Source: an uncultured archaeon
GTDB taxonomy: Archaea; Asgardarchaeota; Lokiarchaeia; Sigyniarchaeales; SOKP01
Length of the DNA stretch: 64,000 nt
Direction: 5' to 3'
Assembly (NCBI GenBank): GCA_964388035.1
Contig: CAYLZE010000011.1
Span: forward strand, 1-64,000
Shown here: positions 49,145 through 59,496 of the stretch, one piece after another
Layout: the number at the start of each line of letters is the position of its first letter
How positions within the stretch are numbered: position 1 is the first letter of the stretch
The notes under the pieces: model-generated
Database searches by the model: none
What the model saw: the letters and a program-made list of their open reading frames with translations, nothing else
Told to the model about the DNA's origin: nothing
Program-made: the position numbers and the translations under genes

Positions 49145-50275
49145 ATGTTGATACCTCAAATCTTTGATCAAATGGATCAAGAAATAACGAACATTCTCCA
49201 AAAAGCCCTCAATTCTGATGAAATCACCTCCCCAGAAGCACTAAAATTGCTCAAAGTCACTGGTAAGGAATTTATTGCTCTACAATATGTTGCCGATCAA
49301 CTCTGTAGGGTTAAGAAAAATGATGTTGTTACGTTTATAATAAATCGTAACATAAATTTTTCCAATATCTGCCATCAAGGATGCAAATTTTGTTCATTTA
49401 GCGTACCTAAAGGTTCAAAAGAAGGATTTCTCTTAACAATTGAAGAGATTAAAAAAAAAGTTTTAGAAGCCAAGCAAAATGAATGTACAGAAGTTTGTAT
49501 TCAAGGAGGAATAAATCCCGATCTATCATTTGATTATTATATCGACATCTTAAAAGCAGTGAAAGCAATTGCTCCTCATATTCACATTCATGCTTTCTCT
49601 CCGCAAGAAATATTTTATGCATCAAAATTAAGCGGGGAATCCGTAGAAACTACTTTAAGAGAATTTAAAAAGGCGGGCTTAGATTCGATCCCAGGAACTG
49701 CTGCTGAGATTTTAGTTGATAAAGTCCGCAAAATAATATGCCCCAATAAAATCAATACGTCTCACTGGATTGAAATAATAACAATGGCTCATGAATTAGG
49801 AATTCCTACCACTTCAACTATGATGTATGGGCATATCGAGGAATTAAAGGATCGGATCGAACATTTAGATGTTATAAGGAACATTCAAAAGAAAACAGGA
49901 GGATTTACTGAATTTGTATCTCTACCTTTCATTAAAGAAAAACCCATTTTATCTCGATTAAAGGAATATCCTTTAAAAACAAGTTATGGAATCGACCACT
50001 TAAAATTATTTGCAGTGGCTCGCATCTTCTTGAATAATTATATTGACAATATTCAATGCTCATGGGTGAAGTTAGGTATTAATTTTGCGCAAGTTTCCTT
50101 AAATTACGGGGTCAATGATTTTTCGGGGACTTTAATGGAAGAAAATATATCAAGAAGTGCTGGAGCTACTCATGGTGAATATCTACCTCCTAATGAAATT
50201 GTTAGGATCATACGATCAGCAGGAAAGATACCAGCTCAACGAGATACTTTATATAAAATCTTGAACCGATTTTGA
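49145..50275 (+). CDS. cofH: FO synthase subunit CofH (radical SAM)
   Basis: NRNINFSNICHQGCKFC, HIHAFSPQE, PGTAAEIL, TMMYGH, SWVKLG, GTLMEENISRSAG. Confidence 0.93.
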   Translation: MLIPQIFDQMDQEITNILQKALNSDEITSPEALKLLKVTGKEFIALQYVADQLCRVKKNDVVTFIINRNINFSNICHQGCKFCSFSVPKGSKEGFLLTIEEIKKKVLEAKQNECTEVCIQGGINPDLSFDYYIDILKAVKAIAPHIHIHAFSPQEIFYASKLSGESVETTLREFKKAGLDSIPGTAAEILVDKVRKIICPNKINTSHWIEIITMAHELGIPTTSTMMYGHIEELKDRIEHLDVIRNIQKKTGGFTEFVSLPFIKEKPILSRLKEYPLKTSYGIDHLKLFAVARIFLNNYIDNIQCSWVKLGINFAQVSLNYGVNDFSGTLMEENISRSAGATHGEYLPPNEIVRIIRSAGKIPAQRDTLYKILNRF

Positions 50276-50429
50276 AATCGATTTGAAGCCATTTCTTGAG
50301 ATATCTTAATTAAAGTTGGGAAAAGCATGAAATTTTAAGGACTATAGAATTTAATGAGATTGATTTTTATTATTTCTAATACTTTTAACCTATATTACTA
50401 ATTTATTTCGTATTAGCAGGTCAATTTTC

Positions 50430-51227
50430 ATGGAAGAATATAAAACTTTATTAGTTGAAATTGATAGAAATCGCAAAACAGAAATTATTTATTTTAATCG
50501 CCCTGATTCTCTTAATGCCCTTAATTATCAATTAGCTTTAGATTTAAAGATGGCATTAGAAAAATTGTTGGAATCTCAAAATGTAAAATGTTTAGTCATT
50601 ACTGGTAAAGGAAAAGCGTTTTGCAGTGGTGGAGATCTTTTAGAGTTTAAGAATACTGAAAATCCTCAAGATTTACTTTCCAAATTAGCAAGCACCTTCC
50701 ATGAATCTTTAAAAATAATTAACAAGTTAAAAATTCCAGTTATAGCTGCAATTAATGGACCATGCATCGGGGCGGGATTGGGACTTGTGGGTGCTTGTGA
50801 TATCAGAGTGTGTTCAATCAATGCTAAATTTGGAAGTGCTTTTACCAGTGTAGGATTATCGCCGAATTCTTCTCTTACTTACAATTTACCGAGAATTATG
50901 AGCAGTAGTTTTGCAAATGATTTGATATTCAGTAATAGAATTATAAATGCTGAAGAAGCTTTAAAATTTCATTTGGTTTCTAGGATAATTGAATCAATTG
51001 AGAAGTTCATGGAAAAGGTGATGGAACTTGCCAATCAAATCAGTTCAGGTCCTCCCATTGCCATGGCTTTAGCTAAAGAATTATTGACATCAACCTATGA
51101 AGATAATTTAGAACACCATTTAGAAAAAGAAGCACGAAATGTATCACAATCTGCAGCTACTCAAGATTTCAAAGAAGGAGTAAAAGCTTATTTTGAAAAG
51201 CGAAAACCAGAATATAATGGAAGATGA
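50430..51227 (+). CDS. Enoyl-CoA hydratase/isomerase (crotonase family)
   Basis: NRPDSLNAL, AFCSGGDL, AAINGPCIGAG, DFKEGV.A..EKRKP. Confidence 0.92.
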   Translation: MEEYKTLLVEIDRNRKTEIIYFNRPDSLNALNYQLALDLKMALEKLLESQNVKCLVITGKGKAFCSGGDLLEFKNTENPQDLLSKLASTFHESLKIINKLKIPVIAAINGPCIGAGLGLVGACDIRVCSINAKFGSAFTSVGLSPNSSLTYNLPRIMSSSFANDLIFSNRIINAEEALKFHLVSRIIESIEKFMEKVMELANQISSGPPIAMALAKELLTSTYEDNLEHHLEKEARNVSQSAATQDFKEGVKAYFEKRKPEYNGR

Positions 51228-51284
51228 TCTCATAAAATTAATAATTTTAATAAATTATAAAAACAATAAAGGAATTGAATTACC

Positions 51285-52403
51285 ATGAAAAATTTACTAG
51301 ATGGAATAAAAGAAACATTATTGATGGGACCCGGTCCCTCTTGTGTACATCCAAAAGTATATGAAGCATTGAGCCGCAAAACTATAGGCCACCTTGACCC
51401 TTATTTCATTAAAATAATGGATGAGATTCAGGCTTTATTACAAGAGCTAATGAATACCAAGAATAAACTTACTCTTCCAATTTCAGGAACGGGGTCAGCG
51501 GGGATGGAAACATGTTTTGTTAACTTAATTGAACCTGATGATCCCGTTTTAATTCTCACGAATGGAGTATTTGGTGTGAGAATGCAAGATGTTGCAAGTA
51601 GATTGGGAGCAAAAGTAGATAATATTGATTTTGAATGGGGTACACCTGTAAGACCAGAAGTTATAAAGGAAAAGATAAGTAAAAATAATTATAAAATTAT
51701 TGCTGTGGTTCATGCAGAAACTTCGACGGGAGTTAAAAACCCGATTGATGAAATTTCTAAAATTGTTAAAGGAACTAATTCTTTATTTTTAGTTGATACG
51801 GTTACCAGCTTAGGTGGTATAGAGGTTAAAGTGGATGAGTGGGGTGCAGATGCCGTTTACAGTGGCACTCAAAAATGTCTTTCTTGCCCTCCGGGATTAG
51901 CCCCCGTATCTATATCAGATAAAGCATATTCTCTCATTCTTAACAGGAAAAAGAAGGTAGCGAATTGGTACTTAGACCTATCTCTGATCGGGCAGTATTG
52001 GAGTGGTGAAAGAAGTAGAGTATATCATCATACTGCTCCGATTAACATGTTATATGCTTTATATCAAGCATTACTATTAATTAAGGAAGAAGGGATCCAA
52101 AATGTTTTTAAAAGGCATTTAGAAAATCATAAGAGATTAAAAGATGGATTGGAAACACTTGGTCTTGAAATGTATGTTGAAGAACCCTATCGATTACCCA
52201 TGCTCAACGCCGTAAAAATCCCGGATGGTGTAAATGATGGAAAAGTGAGATCTAGTCTTCTTCAAGATTTTCAGATAGAAATTGGGGGTGGATTGGGTCC
52301 TTTAGCGGGGAAAATCTGGAGAATAGGTTTAATGGGACATACTGCAAGACCAGAAAACGTTGATAGATTAATAAGTGCTGTAAAGCAAACAATGAAAGCA
52401 TGA
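51285..52403 (+). CDS. Alanine-glyoxylate/serine-pyruvate aminotransferase (class V)
   Basis: LMGPGPS, GTGSAGME, VHAETSTG, DTVTSLGG, SGTQKCL..PPG, YHHT. Confidence 0.92.
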   Translation: MKNLLDGIKETLLMGPGPSCVHPKVYEALSRKTIGHLDPYFIKIMDEIQALLQELMNTKNKLTLPISGTGSAGMETCFVNLIEPDDPVLILTNGVFGVRMQDVASRLGAKVDNIDFEWGTPVRPEVIKEKISKNNYKIIAVVHAETSTGVKNPIDEISKIVKGTNSLFLVDTVTSLGGIEVKVDEWGADAVYSGTQKCLSCPPGLAPVSISDKAYSLILNRKKKVANWYLDLSLIGQYWSGERSRVYHHTAPINMLYALYQALLLIKEEGIQNVFKRHLENHKRLKDGLETLGLEMYVEEPYRLPMLNAVKIPDGVNDGKVRSSLLQDFQIEIGGGLGPLAGKIWRIGLMGHTARPENVDRLISAVKQTMKA

Positions 52404-52470
52404 TTCTGATGCTCTTATATCAAAATACCAATTAATTCTATTCATATTTACATTTTGTAAATATCTATAA

Positions 52471-52785
52471 AATTGCAGGGCATTAGATCGCCATTTAAAG
52501 GACGAGGTTTTTGAGATTTCTCATTTGAAAGGTAATCATGATATTCCTTATCGTGCATTAATTCCACAGAAAATTAAAAATCTATTGGTGGCGGGGAGAT
52601 GCATATCGTGTGATCATGATGCTCATGCCTCTTTAAGAGGAGCTGCAACTTGCATGGCGACAGGTCATGCTGCGGGAACGGCAGCAGCATTAGCGTCCAA
52701 AAATTCTATCGATGTAAGGGAGGTCGATATCAAAAAACTTCATGAATTATTAAAAGAGCAAAATGCAATATTAAAAACACCTTAG
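52471..52785 (+). pseudogene. C-terminal remnant of an FAD-dependent oxidoreductase
   Basis: DIPYRALIP..IKNLLVAGRCIS.DH.AHASLR....CMATGHAAG.AAALA; the frame is open only back to a TAA at 52468 and lacks the N-terminal FAD-binding motif. Confidence 0.75.
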
Positions 52786-52832
52786 AATTTATTTTTCCTA
52801 ATTAGAGATAATTTAATCCCATTAGACTCTTT

Positions 52833-54413
52833 TTAATCTTTTTGCAAGTAAGGCTTTCCCGATTCAAGACATTTCTCTGCTTCCATCAGCTCTCTAGAAA
52901 CATAACTCACGTGATACTTATCCTCTATAAAGTTTAGTTCTATTATTTTTTTACAAAGTGCTTCCGCCTTATTGCCTATCAAAGTCTTTTGTAAGATTCC
53001 ATCATTTGAGAAAAAAAGGGCATAAATTTCTTTTTTATAGTGATTTACATGAAATTTAAAATACCCTTTAGGATCAGGAACATACATTTCATTAATTCCT
53101 TTTACTTGAATTGCATTGGTTCTTTTGATTTTTGGAAATTGCTGGGAAGTTTTTCCTTTAGCTCTAAAAACTTGAATTCCCATATTTATGGGAGGAGATT
53201 TTCGATTCTTGGAAAGATAACATAGCTTTAGGCTTTCAGATAATTCTTTTACTCCTCCCATTAATTTAATACTATGTTCTACGGTAAAAAGAATGCCCAT
53301 ATCTAATTCAATTGCGATACTCGCAAGCAAGCCATTTATTCCAACCGAATCAATATCCATGAGTTCAACTACATTTGATATTCCAAAAAAGAGAGGGATT
53401 TCCATGTCGGAATATCCACATTGCAGCACGGCCTTTTTATATAAAAAATAAGCTTCTAATGAATTACAGATCCCCGGAGATATCGGAGTTTGGAGGAGGG
53501 GATCCGCGATAAGCTTGTTAAAACCGAGCTCTCTTAGCTTTTTAATCAAAGAAAATAAATTTTGGATTTTAGTATCAGCATCAGAAGGAAAATATCCTTT
53601 ACTAATATTCGTAGGTAATAAAACAATGGGAATCTCTTTAGGTATAGAAGCACATTGCTTGTAATTACTTATATCTAAACTTAAAATTAAATCAATTCCC
53701 TTCTCGGCTGCTGCCTTAATCTCCATGGGATTCATTGAATCGATGCTTAATAGAACATCGTGGTTATTCCGGATAAGATCAATAATCTCTTGAATTCTCC
53801 CGGGATTTGGACGATTTGATACGCATCCTATGTCAATAACATGTGCGCCCGATTCGATATAATGCTGGGCTTTTTTCAAGATGGTATCATTTTCTTTACT
53901 GGTGCAGTTCACAATTTCGGCAATGATTGGGGGAGGTAAATTTCTCCCAATAATTAAATCAGACCTTTTTTCATTAATATAAAACGTATGGATTCCAAGA
54001 TTTTCTTTTGCAATTTTGAATTGTTCTTCAACTAATTCACGATATAATTTCTCTCCGGAAGTTTTAAACAATTTATTGGCAGCAATTTTCGAAGATAATG
54101 GAATTAAAGTTAAATTTTCAATAATTTGAGGAAGATCCGAAGCAAATTCCGGTCCTTTTTTTATCTCTATTTTCAATTTCGCCTCTAAATCAGAGGTGTC
54201 CCATTGTGTAAAGCCAGGAATTAAAACTAAATCAAAATCGCTTAAAGAGATGGAGTTTAAAATGGCGCTTACCATTTCTTCAGTAATAAAAGCAGAAACA
54301 GATACAGGTGCTTTTTTTATCTGGAATGAATGCTTTTTTATTGGTTCTAAAATCTTTGTAATGATTGGATAACTTTCTTGACCAGTTATGATGAGGATTT
54401 TAATTAAAATCAC
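52833..54413 (-). CDS. Dihydropteroate synthase-like protein with DUF4346-like C-terminus
   Basis: IAEI, GAHVIDIG, LSIDS, IADPLL, GISNVVELMDIDSVG.N, DPKGYF, H.SY..REL..AE. Confidence 0.85.
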   Translation of the reverse strand: MILIKILIITGQESYPIITKILEPIKKHSFQIKKAPVSVSAFITEEMVSAILNSISLSDFDLVLIPGFTQWDTSDLEAKLKIEIKKGPEFASDLPQIIENLTLIPLSSKIAANKLFKTSGEKLYRELVEEQFKIAKENLGIHTFYINEKRSDLIIGRNLPPPIIAEIVNCTSKENDTILKKAQHYIESGAHVIDIGCVSNRPNPGRIQEIIDLIRNNHDVLLSIDSMNPMEIKAAAEKGIDLILSLDISNYKQCASIPKEIPIVLLPTNISKGYFPSDADTKIQNLFSLIKKLRELGFNKLIADPLLQTPISPGICNSLEAYFLYKKAVLQCGYSDMEIPLFFGISNVVELMDIDSVGINGLLASIAIELDMGILFTVEHSIKLMGGVKELSESLKLCYLSKNRKSPPINMGIQVFRAKGKTSQQFPKIKRTNAIQVKGINEMYVPDPKGYFKFHVNHYKKEIYALFFSNDGILQKTLIGNKAEALCKKIIELNFIEDKYHVSYVSRELMEAEKCLESGKPYLQKD

Positions 54414-55488
54414 GTAAAATTTTGTCTTTTTCGAATGGAATGTAAATATCGTCCAAGATAGTTCCCGAAGAATCTTTTATTCTTAAATTTTCAACAATTG
54501 GTTTAAATTTTCCATCTAGTAAACCTTCAGCAATAAATGCTGCTCCTTGGGCGGCGCGTTTAGCTATTTGTGAATACGAGGCCATCATTCTCACGGGCGC
54601 CACATCTTTCAATCCCTTTATAATTTTATTCCGTAAGTAAGTAATCCTTGCTCCCCTTCCCGCCAATAATATTTCTTGGACTTTATCTCTATCAGAAAAT
54701 GATGAAGATATGCCGAATACAGCTTTTTTAACGCTTGAGATGTAAGCTTTTAATGCAGTCCTTGTTTGTTGATCTTTTTCGGCTAATAATGTGATTTCTT
54801 TTAGACTTAAATCAGAAAATCCTGATATGGATGCCACCCCTCCTTTATAAATGTTCTTTTTATCAATATTTTTAATTAGATACGCTAATTCCCCATCTAA
54901 ACTGCCACATGCTTTAAATCCCATGATGTTTGATCCTCCTATCCCGTCAATAATTTGTCCGTTCTCAATTGCTAAAACTGCTGTAAACCCATACCCGATC
55001 TCGACCATGATAAAATTAGATTCTTCTGGTTTCTTACTTAGTCTTTCACATTGATCCCGAATTCCCACGACGGAAGTACATAATTTATCCGCGGTTCCCA
55101 TATCAATTTTATTGACTTTTCTATATCTTGGAACGGTGGGCATGTGTTTCACGCTGGGAACAATCACACCGGGAATGTTTTCAGCTTTGAGCAAGCGAAG
55201 AATATCACCCAATCCAATCATGGTGTCTTCTTTATTAATCGAGAATTTTAATAAAGTATAGAAAATATCTTTTTCCGTCAAATCACTTACTTTTTTTAAA
55301 GGTAAGCCAAAACCACTTGGTGCCACCATTAGATCTATATCCGGCACGGACTTTATAATTGAAATTGCTTTTTTGGGATTTTCTATTAATTCTTTAGTTG
55401 GAATAGAAGTATCTAATATTATTTTTTCTCCTTCTAACCCAAAAAAGTCCCATGATAACGTCCCAGGGTCTACTCCTAATACTTTCAC
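54400..55488 (-). CDS. DUF1464 family ASKHA-fold (butyrate kinase-like) protein
   Basis: GVDPGT.SWD, APSGFG.P, IDMGTADK, G.IIDGIGG, G.LDGELAY, AAQGAA; overlaps the DHPS-like gene. Confidence 0.85.
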   Translation of the reverse strand: MKVLGVDPGTLSWDFFGLEGEKIILDTSIPTKELIENPKKAISIIKSVPDIDLMVAPSGFGLPLKKVSDLTEKDIFYTLLKFSINKEDTMIGLGDILRLLKAENIPGVIVPSVKHMPTVPRYRKVNKIDMGTADKLCTSVVGIRDQCERLSKKPEESNFIMVEIGYGFTAVLAIENGQIIDGIGGSNIMGFKACGSLDGELAYLIKNIDKKNIYKGGVASISGFSDLSLKEITLLAEKDQQTRTALKAYISSVKKAVFGISSSFSDRDKVQEILLAGRGARITYLRNKIIKGLKDVAPVRMMASYSQIAKRAAQGAAFIAEGLLDGKFKPIVENLRIKDSSGTILDDIYIPFEKDKILRDFN

Positions 55489-56128
55489 CAGAAATCAATA
55501 CTACCTTTGTAGATATTTAAATAATCAAGTCAACTATTTCTATTATTTTTAACTTGTTTTAAACCTTGCTATAATAGGAACTTAAAGAAGTTATAAGAAC
55601 GTAATAAAGTCATCTTTAAAAAATGAGATGATACAATTTAACTGATTAAAAATCCAAATTTTTGATTAACAAGCTTTAATTTTCAGCAATATATTTTAAG
55701 GATCTCAAGAATTTTCCTATTAAATCAGATTTTTGAATACATTTTTAAATACGTTTAAATAGTAACATGAATTAAAAGATAAAGGGTAAAAATCTTAAAA
55801 CACTTCCTTTTTCCATGATTTAAGTATTTCTTTTTTCATTATAGAAAATAATTTCATTAATAGAGTTTAATTAAATCTTTATCAATGAACATGTGATAAG
55901 GATGAAATTTCCCTAATATAAAATTATTAAATTCCTATAGAAAATGAAATTAAAAAAATTGATTTATATTTAATTACTAAATCATGTTTTGAAAGCATGG
56001 TATGCTTATTTTTAAAAAATAAGTTGAGATTATTTAAATAGGTGATACTTATTCAACTCAATTAAATCATACCTGTTATTAAATAAATAAATTTCGATGC
56101 GTAATACCTAAAAGGAAGGTAAAAGAAG

Positions 56129-56659
56129 ATGTTTGTAAATGTTTTTGTATGTGAAATCTGTGGAGAAGCATATATTGGAGAGGATATTCCTTCTAGATGC
56201 CCTTTTTGTGGTGCCCTTAAAAAATATATGGTGAAAGCTAAAAATTATGATGACTCCAAAGCTTGGGATGTACAATTAAACGATAATGAGAAAAAAGATA
56301 TAGAGAAAGCCTTGGAACTAGAAATTTCTAATACCGTTTTTTATAAATGCGCTAGTAATAAAGTTCCTGAGCCAGAAGGTCAAAAACTTTTCAAGATTTT
56401 GAGTAAAGTAGAGAATGAACACGCTTCCGTTTGGAAAAAGATTCTCAAATTAAATAAGGTTGATTTTCCAAAATATGATGAATGCGCAACACAATACAAG
56501 CCAAATCTTGAAGAATCCCATGCGCGAGAAGAGAGAGCAATCAAATTCTACAAGCAAGCGGCAAAAGATGCTAAAAATGTTCGCGTGAAACAAATATTTC
56601 AGGCTTTTGTGGAAGTTGAGACCGATCACCTCAATTTATCAGAAGCAAGATTAAAATGA
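56129..56659 (+). CDS. Rubrerythrin-like protein with N-terminal rubredoxin domain
   Basis: CEICG...CPFCG followed by ferritin-like E..FY, ENEH, EE.A..FY, ETDH. Confidence 0.88.
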   Translation: MFVNVFVCEICGEAYIGEDIPSRCPFCGALKKYMVKAKNYDDSKAWDVQLNDNEKKDIEKALELEISNTVFYKCASNKVPEPEGQKLFKILSKVENEHASVWKKILKLNKVDFPKYDECATQYKPNLEESHAREERAIKFYKQAAKDAKNVRVKQIFQAFVEVETDHLNLSEARLK

Positions 56660-56859
56660 GATCTTTTCAAGAATAATCGAGAGATAACAATCTATTCCAT
56701 TTCTAACTAACTTATAATTTTTTTTTTCTCTACTTGAATTATACTCAAATTTTTTTCATATAAATTTAAAAATTTAATTATTTTTTGAAAAACCAATTTA
56801 TAAATAAATTCCGAAATACATATGCATGATTTATTACAAAAAATAAGGGATGAAATAAG

Positions 56860-59346
56860 ATGAGTAAAAGCGAAAAAAAATTAGATTCACAAATTATAGA
56901 ACCTCACGATTTATCACCCAGATCAAAGTGGTTACGGGATTATTACTTTCAAGGTGCTGAAAGAGAATGGGCAAATGAATTCACACCATTTACAACAGGT
57001 ACAGATTGGGATATTGTATGGAATGAAACAGATTATTATGTGGCTCCCGAAACTCATACCTATATCGGTGTGAAAGGAAAGGGAGTGTTTGAGAGTGCAT
57101 TTAGATCTGCTGCTCAGACAGTATCTACTCTTCCTTCAAATTTTTGGGAATTATCTTTACCAGAACGTAGAACGACTTTTTTTGAGGAAATCATGCTAAA
57201 TTACATTCCTCAAGAAATAGTAGGTCCTTCTTTACTTGCCGGATCTCGCTTTAATACCCAATTGAGCAAGTGTTTTACCGAAAAAGAAGTTAAAAGCTAT
57301 TGGAAGAAGAATTTAGCTACCAGAAAAGCTTTTTTTAAATATCACAAATCGGGATTTGGAAATACCGGTGCAACTGCCGGTCATATTATCGTGGATTATG
57401 AAACGATAATTAATAAAGGATTCAAATATCTCCATGAAAAAGCAAAAAATTCTTATGAAAAATTGAGTGAAGCGGATAAAAAAGGTCCTAAGGGTGAAGA
57501 ATTACGAGCAATGATCATAAGCACTCTAATCCCCAAGAAATTGGCATTAAAGTATGCCGAAGAATGCAGGCGCCTTAAAAAGGATGCTCCAACCCCTGAA
57601 AGGGCCGAAGAATTAGAACAAATGGCAAAGAATTTAGAGATAGTACCATGGGAACCAGCAAAAACATTTTGGCAGGGAGTTCAAGCAATTTGGTTCACTC
57701 ACATGTTAATCTTAGCGGAGGAATCTTATCCGGGAGCGGGTACTTCTTTTGGAAGGACCGACCAGCATTTATGGGCATTGTATAAGAAAGATGTCATTGA
57801 TGAAAAAACCATTACCAAGCAATTTGCTAAAGATATCATCGGAAGCTTTTGGTTCCATTGCAACACGGCATATGATGCGATGGTTAGGGTAGGAAGGCAG
57901 GGAATTACTTCGGCTTTTGGGCAATTGATGACTTTAAGCGGATGCGGTCCCAATGGGGAGGATCTCACTAATGAATTAACTTACAGCATTTTAGAAGTTA
58001 CAGATGAGTGGATGCCAATTTTAGAGCCAAAGCCGAATGTACGCCTTCATAGAAACTCTCCTGAGAAATTATTAAATATGATTATTGACATGGTTTCTCG
58101 GGCACAAGGAGCACCCTTTTTAATTAATTTTGATGAACGAAGCATAGCGGGGATGATTTTAGAGGGGATATCTAAAGAAAACGCATGGGATTATGCTTGC
58201 GTGGGTTGTTTAGAAAATACCATGCAAGGGAACGACAGGAGCGGAACGGTAAATTGCAATCCAAATCTGGCTAAAAGCATCGAATTGACTTTATGGAATG
58301 GGAAGAACATACCGGGTAACGTGGTAAAACCTTGGAATAAAAAAGGAGAACAATTTGGACCAAAATCTGGCAATCCGGAAAATTTTGAAAGGTGGGAGGA
58401 GTTTTGGAATGCATGGATGCAGCAGTTAAAACATGTTATCAAATACACGGTCGATGTATATAACATGACGGAAGAGTTAAGATCAGAATACATGCCAACA
58501 CCCTACGTTTCAACTTTAGTCCGAGGGTGCATTGAAAAGGGTTTAGATGTGAGAAATGGAGGTCCAGAGTTAAGATATATTACAATTGAAGGAGTAGCGT
58601 TTGCTACCACCGTGGATTCTCTTTTAGCAATAAAGCATTTCGTATTTGACACCAAGAAATATTCGATTGCTCAAATCAAAGATGCTTTAATCAATGATTT
58701 TGAAGGAAAGGATAATATCATAATGCAAACGGAGCTAAAGAACAAAGCACCTAAATATGGTAATGATGACGATGAAGCAGATGAGATGGCACGAGAGATC
58801 ATGAAGTTGTGGGCGGACGAGACGTGGAAATACAAAACACCTACTGATTTTCAATTCAGGCCTGGAATGCTTTCTTGGAATTATTGGGCTGGTTCCGATG
58901 CTAGTTTTACCCCAGCCACTCCCGATGGTCGTAAGAAAGGGACTTTTCTATCTAATGCTATTTGTCCCACAAACGGCGTAGACATTAAAGGGCCAACTGC
59001 GGTAACTAATTCAGTGGGAATCGCGTTAGGAGGAAAAACAGAAAGCGGAGAATATATTAATTATCTTCCTAACGGAGCAAGTCATACCATAACTTTTAAT
59101 CCCAGCATTTTACGAGATCCAGAACATAGGGAAAAATTTAAAGCGTATTTAAAAAGTTATGTTGAAAATGGGGGCACGTGCCTACAAATAAACATGCTAG
59201 ACGCGGATATGCTACGGGATGCCCAGAAACACCCTGAAAATTATAAGAATCTCCTCGTTCGGGTAACGGGATATAATGCTTATTTTAATGCGATAGGAAA
59301 AGAGTTACAAGACGAGATAATTTCTCGAGAATCCCATAAAATGTAA
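56860..59346 (+). CDS. Glycyl radical enzyme (PFL2/dehydratase-like, substrate unknown)
   Basis: Cys loop ACVGCLE, Gly loop VRVTGYN, SFGRTDQ, KYGNDD, ATPDGR. Confidence 0.92.
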   Translation: MSKSEKKLDSQIIEPHDLSPRSKWLRDYYFQGAEREWANEFTPFTTGTDWDIVWNETDYYVAPETHTYIGVKGKGVFESAFRSAAQTVSTLPSNFWELSLPERRTTFFEEIMLNYIPQEIVGPSLLAGSRFNTQLSKCFTEKEVKSYWKKNLATRKAFFKYHKSGFGNTGATAGHIIVDYETIINKGFKYLHEKAKNSYEKLSEADKKGPKGEELRAMIISTLIPKKLALKYAEECRRLKKDAPTPERAEELEQMAKNLEIVPWEPAKTFWQGVQAIWFTHMLILAEESYPGAGTSFGRTDQHLWALYKKDVIDEKTITKQFAKDIIGSFWFHCNTAYDAMVRVGRQGITSAFGQLMTLSGCGPNGEDLTNELTYSILEVTDEWMPILEPKPNVRLHRNSPEKLLNMIIDMVSRAQGAPFLINFDERSIAGMILEGISKENAWDYACVGCLENTMQGNDRSGTVNCNPNLAKSIELTLWNGKNIPGNVVKPWNKKGEQFGPKSGNPENFERWEEFWNAWMQQLKHVIKYTVDVYNMTEELRSEYMPTPYVSTLVRGCIEKGLDVRNGGPELRYITIEGVAFATTVDSLLAIKHFVFDTKKYSIAQIKDALINDFEGKDNIIMQTELKNKAPKYGNDDDEADEMAREIMKLWADETWKYKTPTDFQFRPGMLSWNYWAGSDASFTPATPDGRKKGTFLSNAICPTNGVDIKGPTAVTNSVGIALGGKTESGEYINYLPNGASHTITFNPSILRDPEHREKFKAYLKSYVENGGTCLQINMLDADMLRDAQKHPENYKNLLVRVTGYNAYFNAIGKELQDEIISRESHKM

Positions 59347-59496
59347 TTTTTTTTTCGTACTTGTTTTTTATTTTTTTAATATTTAATTAATTAAGAATGA
59401 GAAAAATTAGGTAATCTCTTAATGTTCTTTTGAGATAAACCCTAAATAAAATAAGCTAATATTAAAAAAAAAAATAGTTTTGATTTTATTTTTTCT

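Noticed and set aside
55489-56128. 640-bp intergenic region as a possible ncRNA or hidden gene
   Set aside because: Extremely AT-rich, with no GC-enriched structured segment or credible ORF; consistent with divergent promoters.
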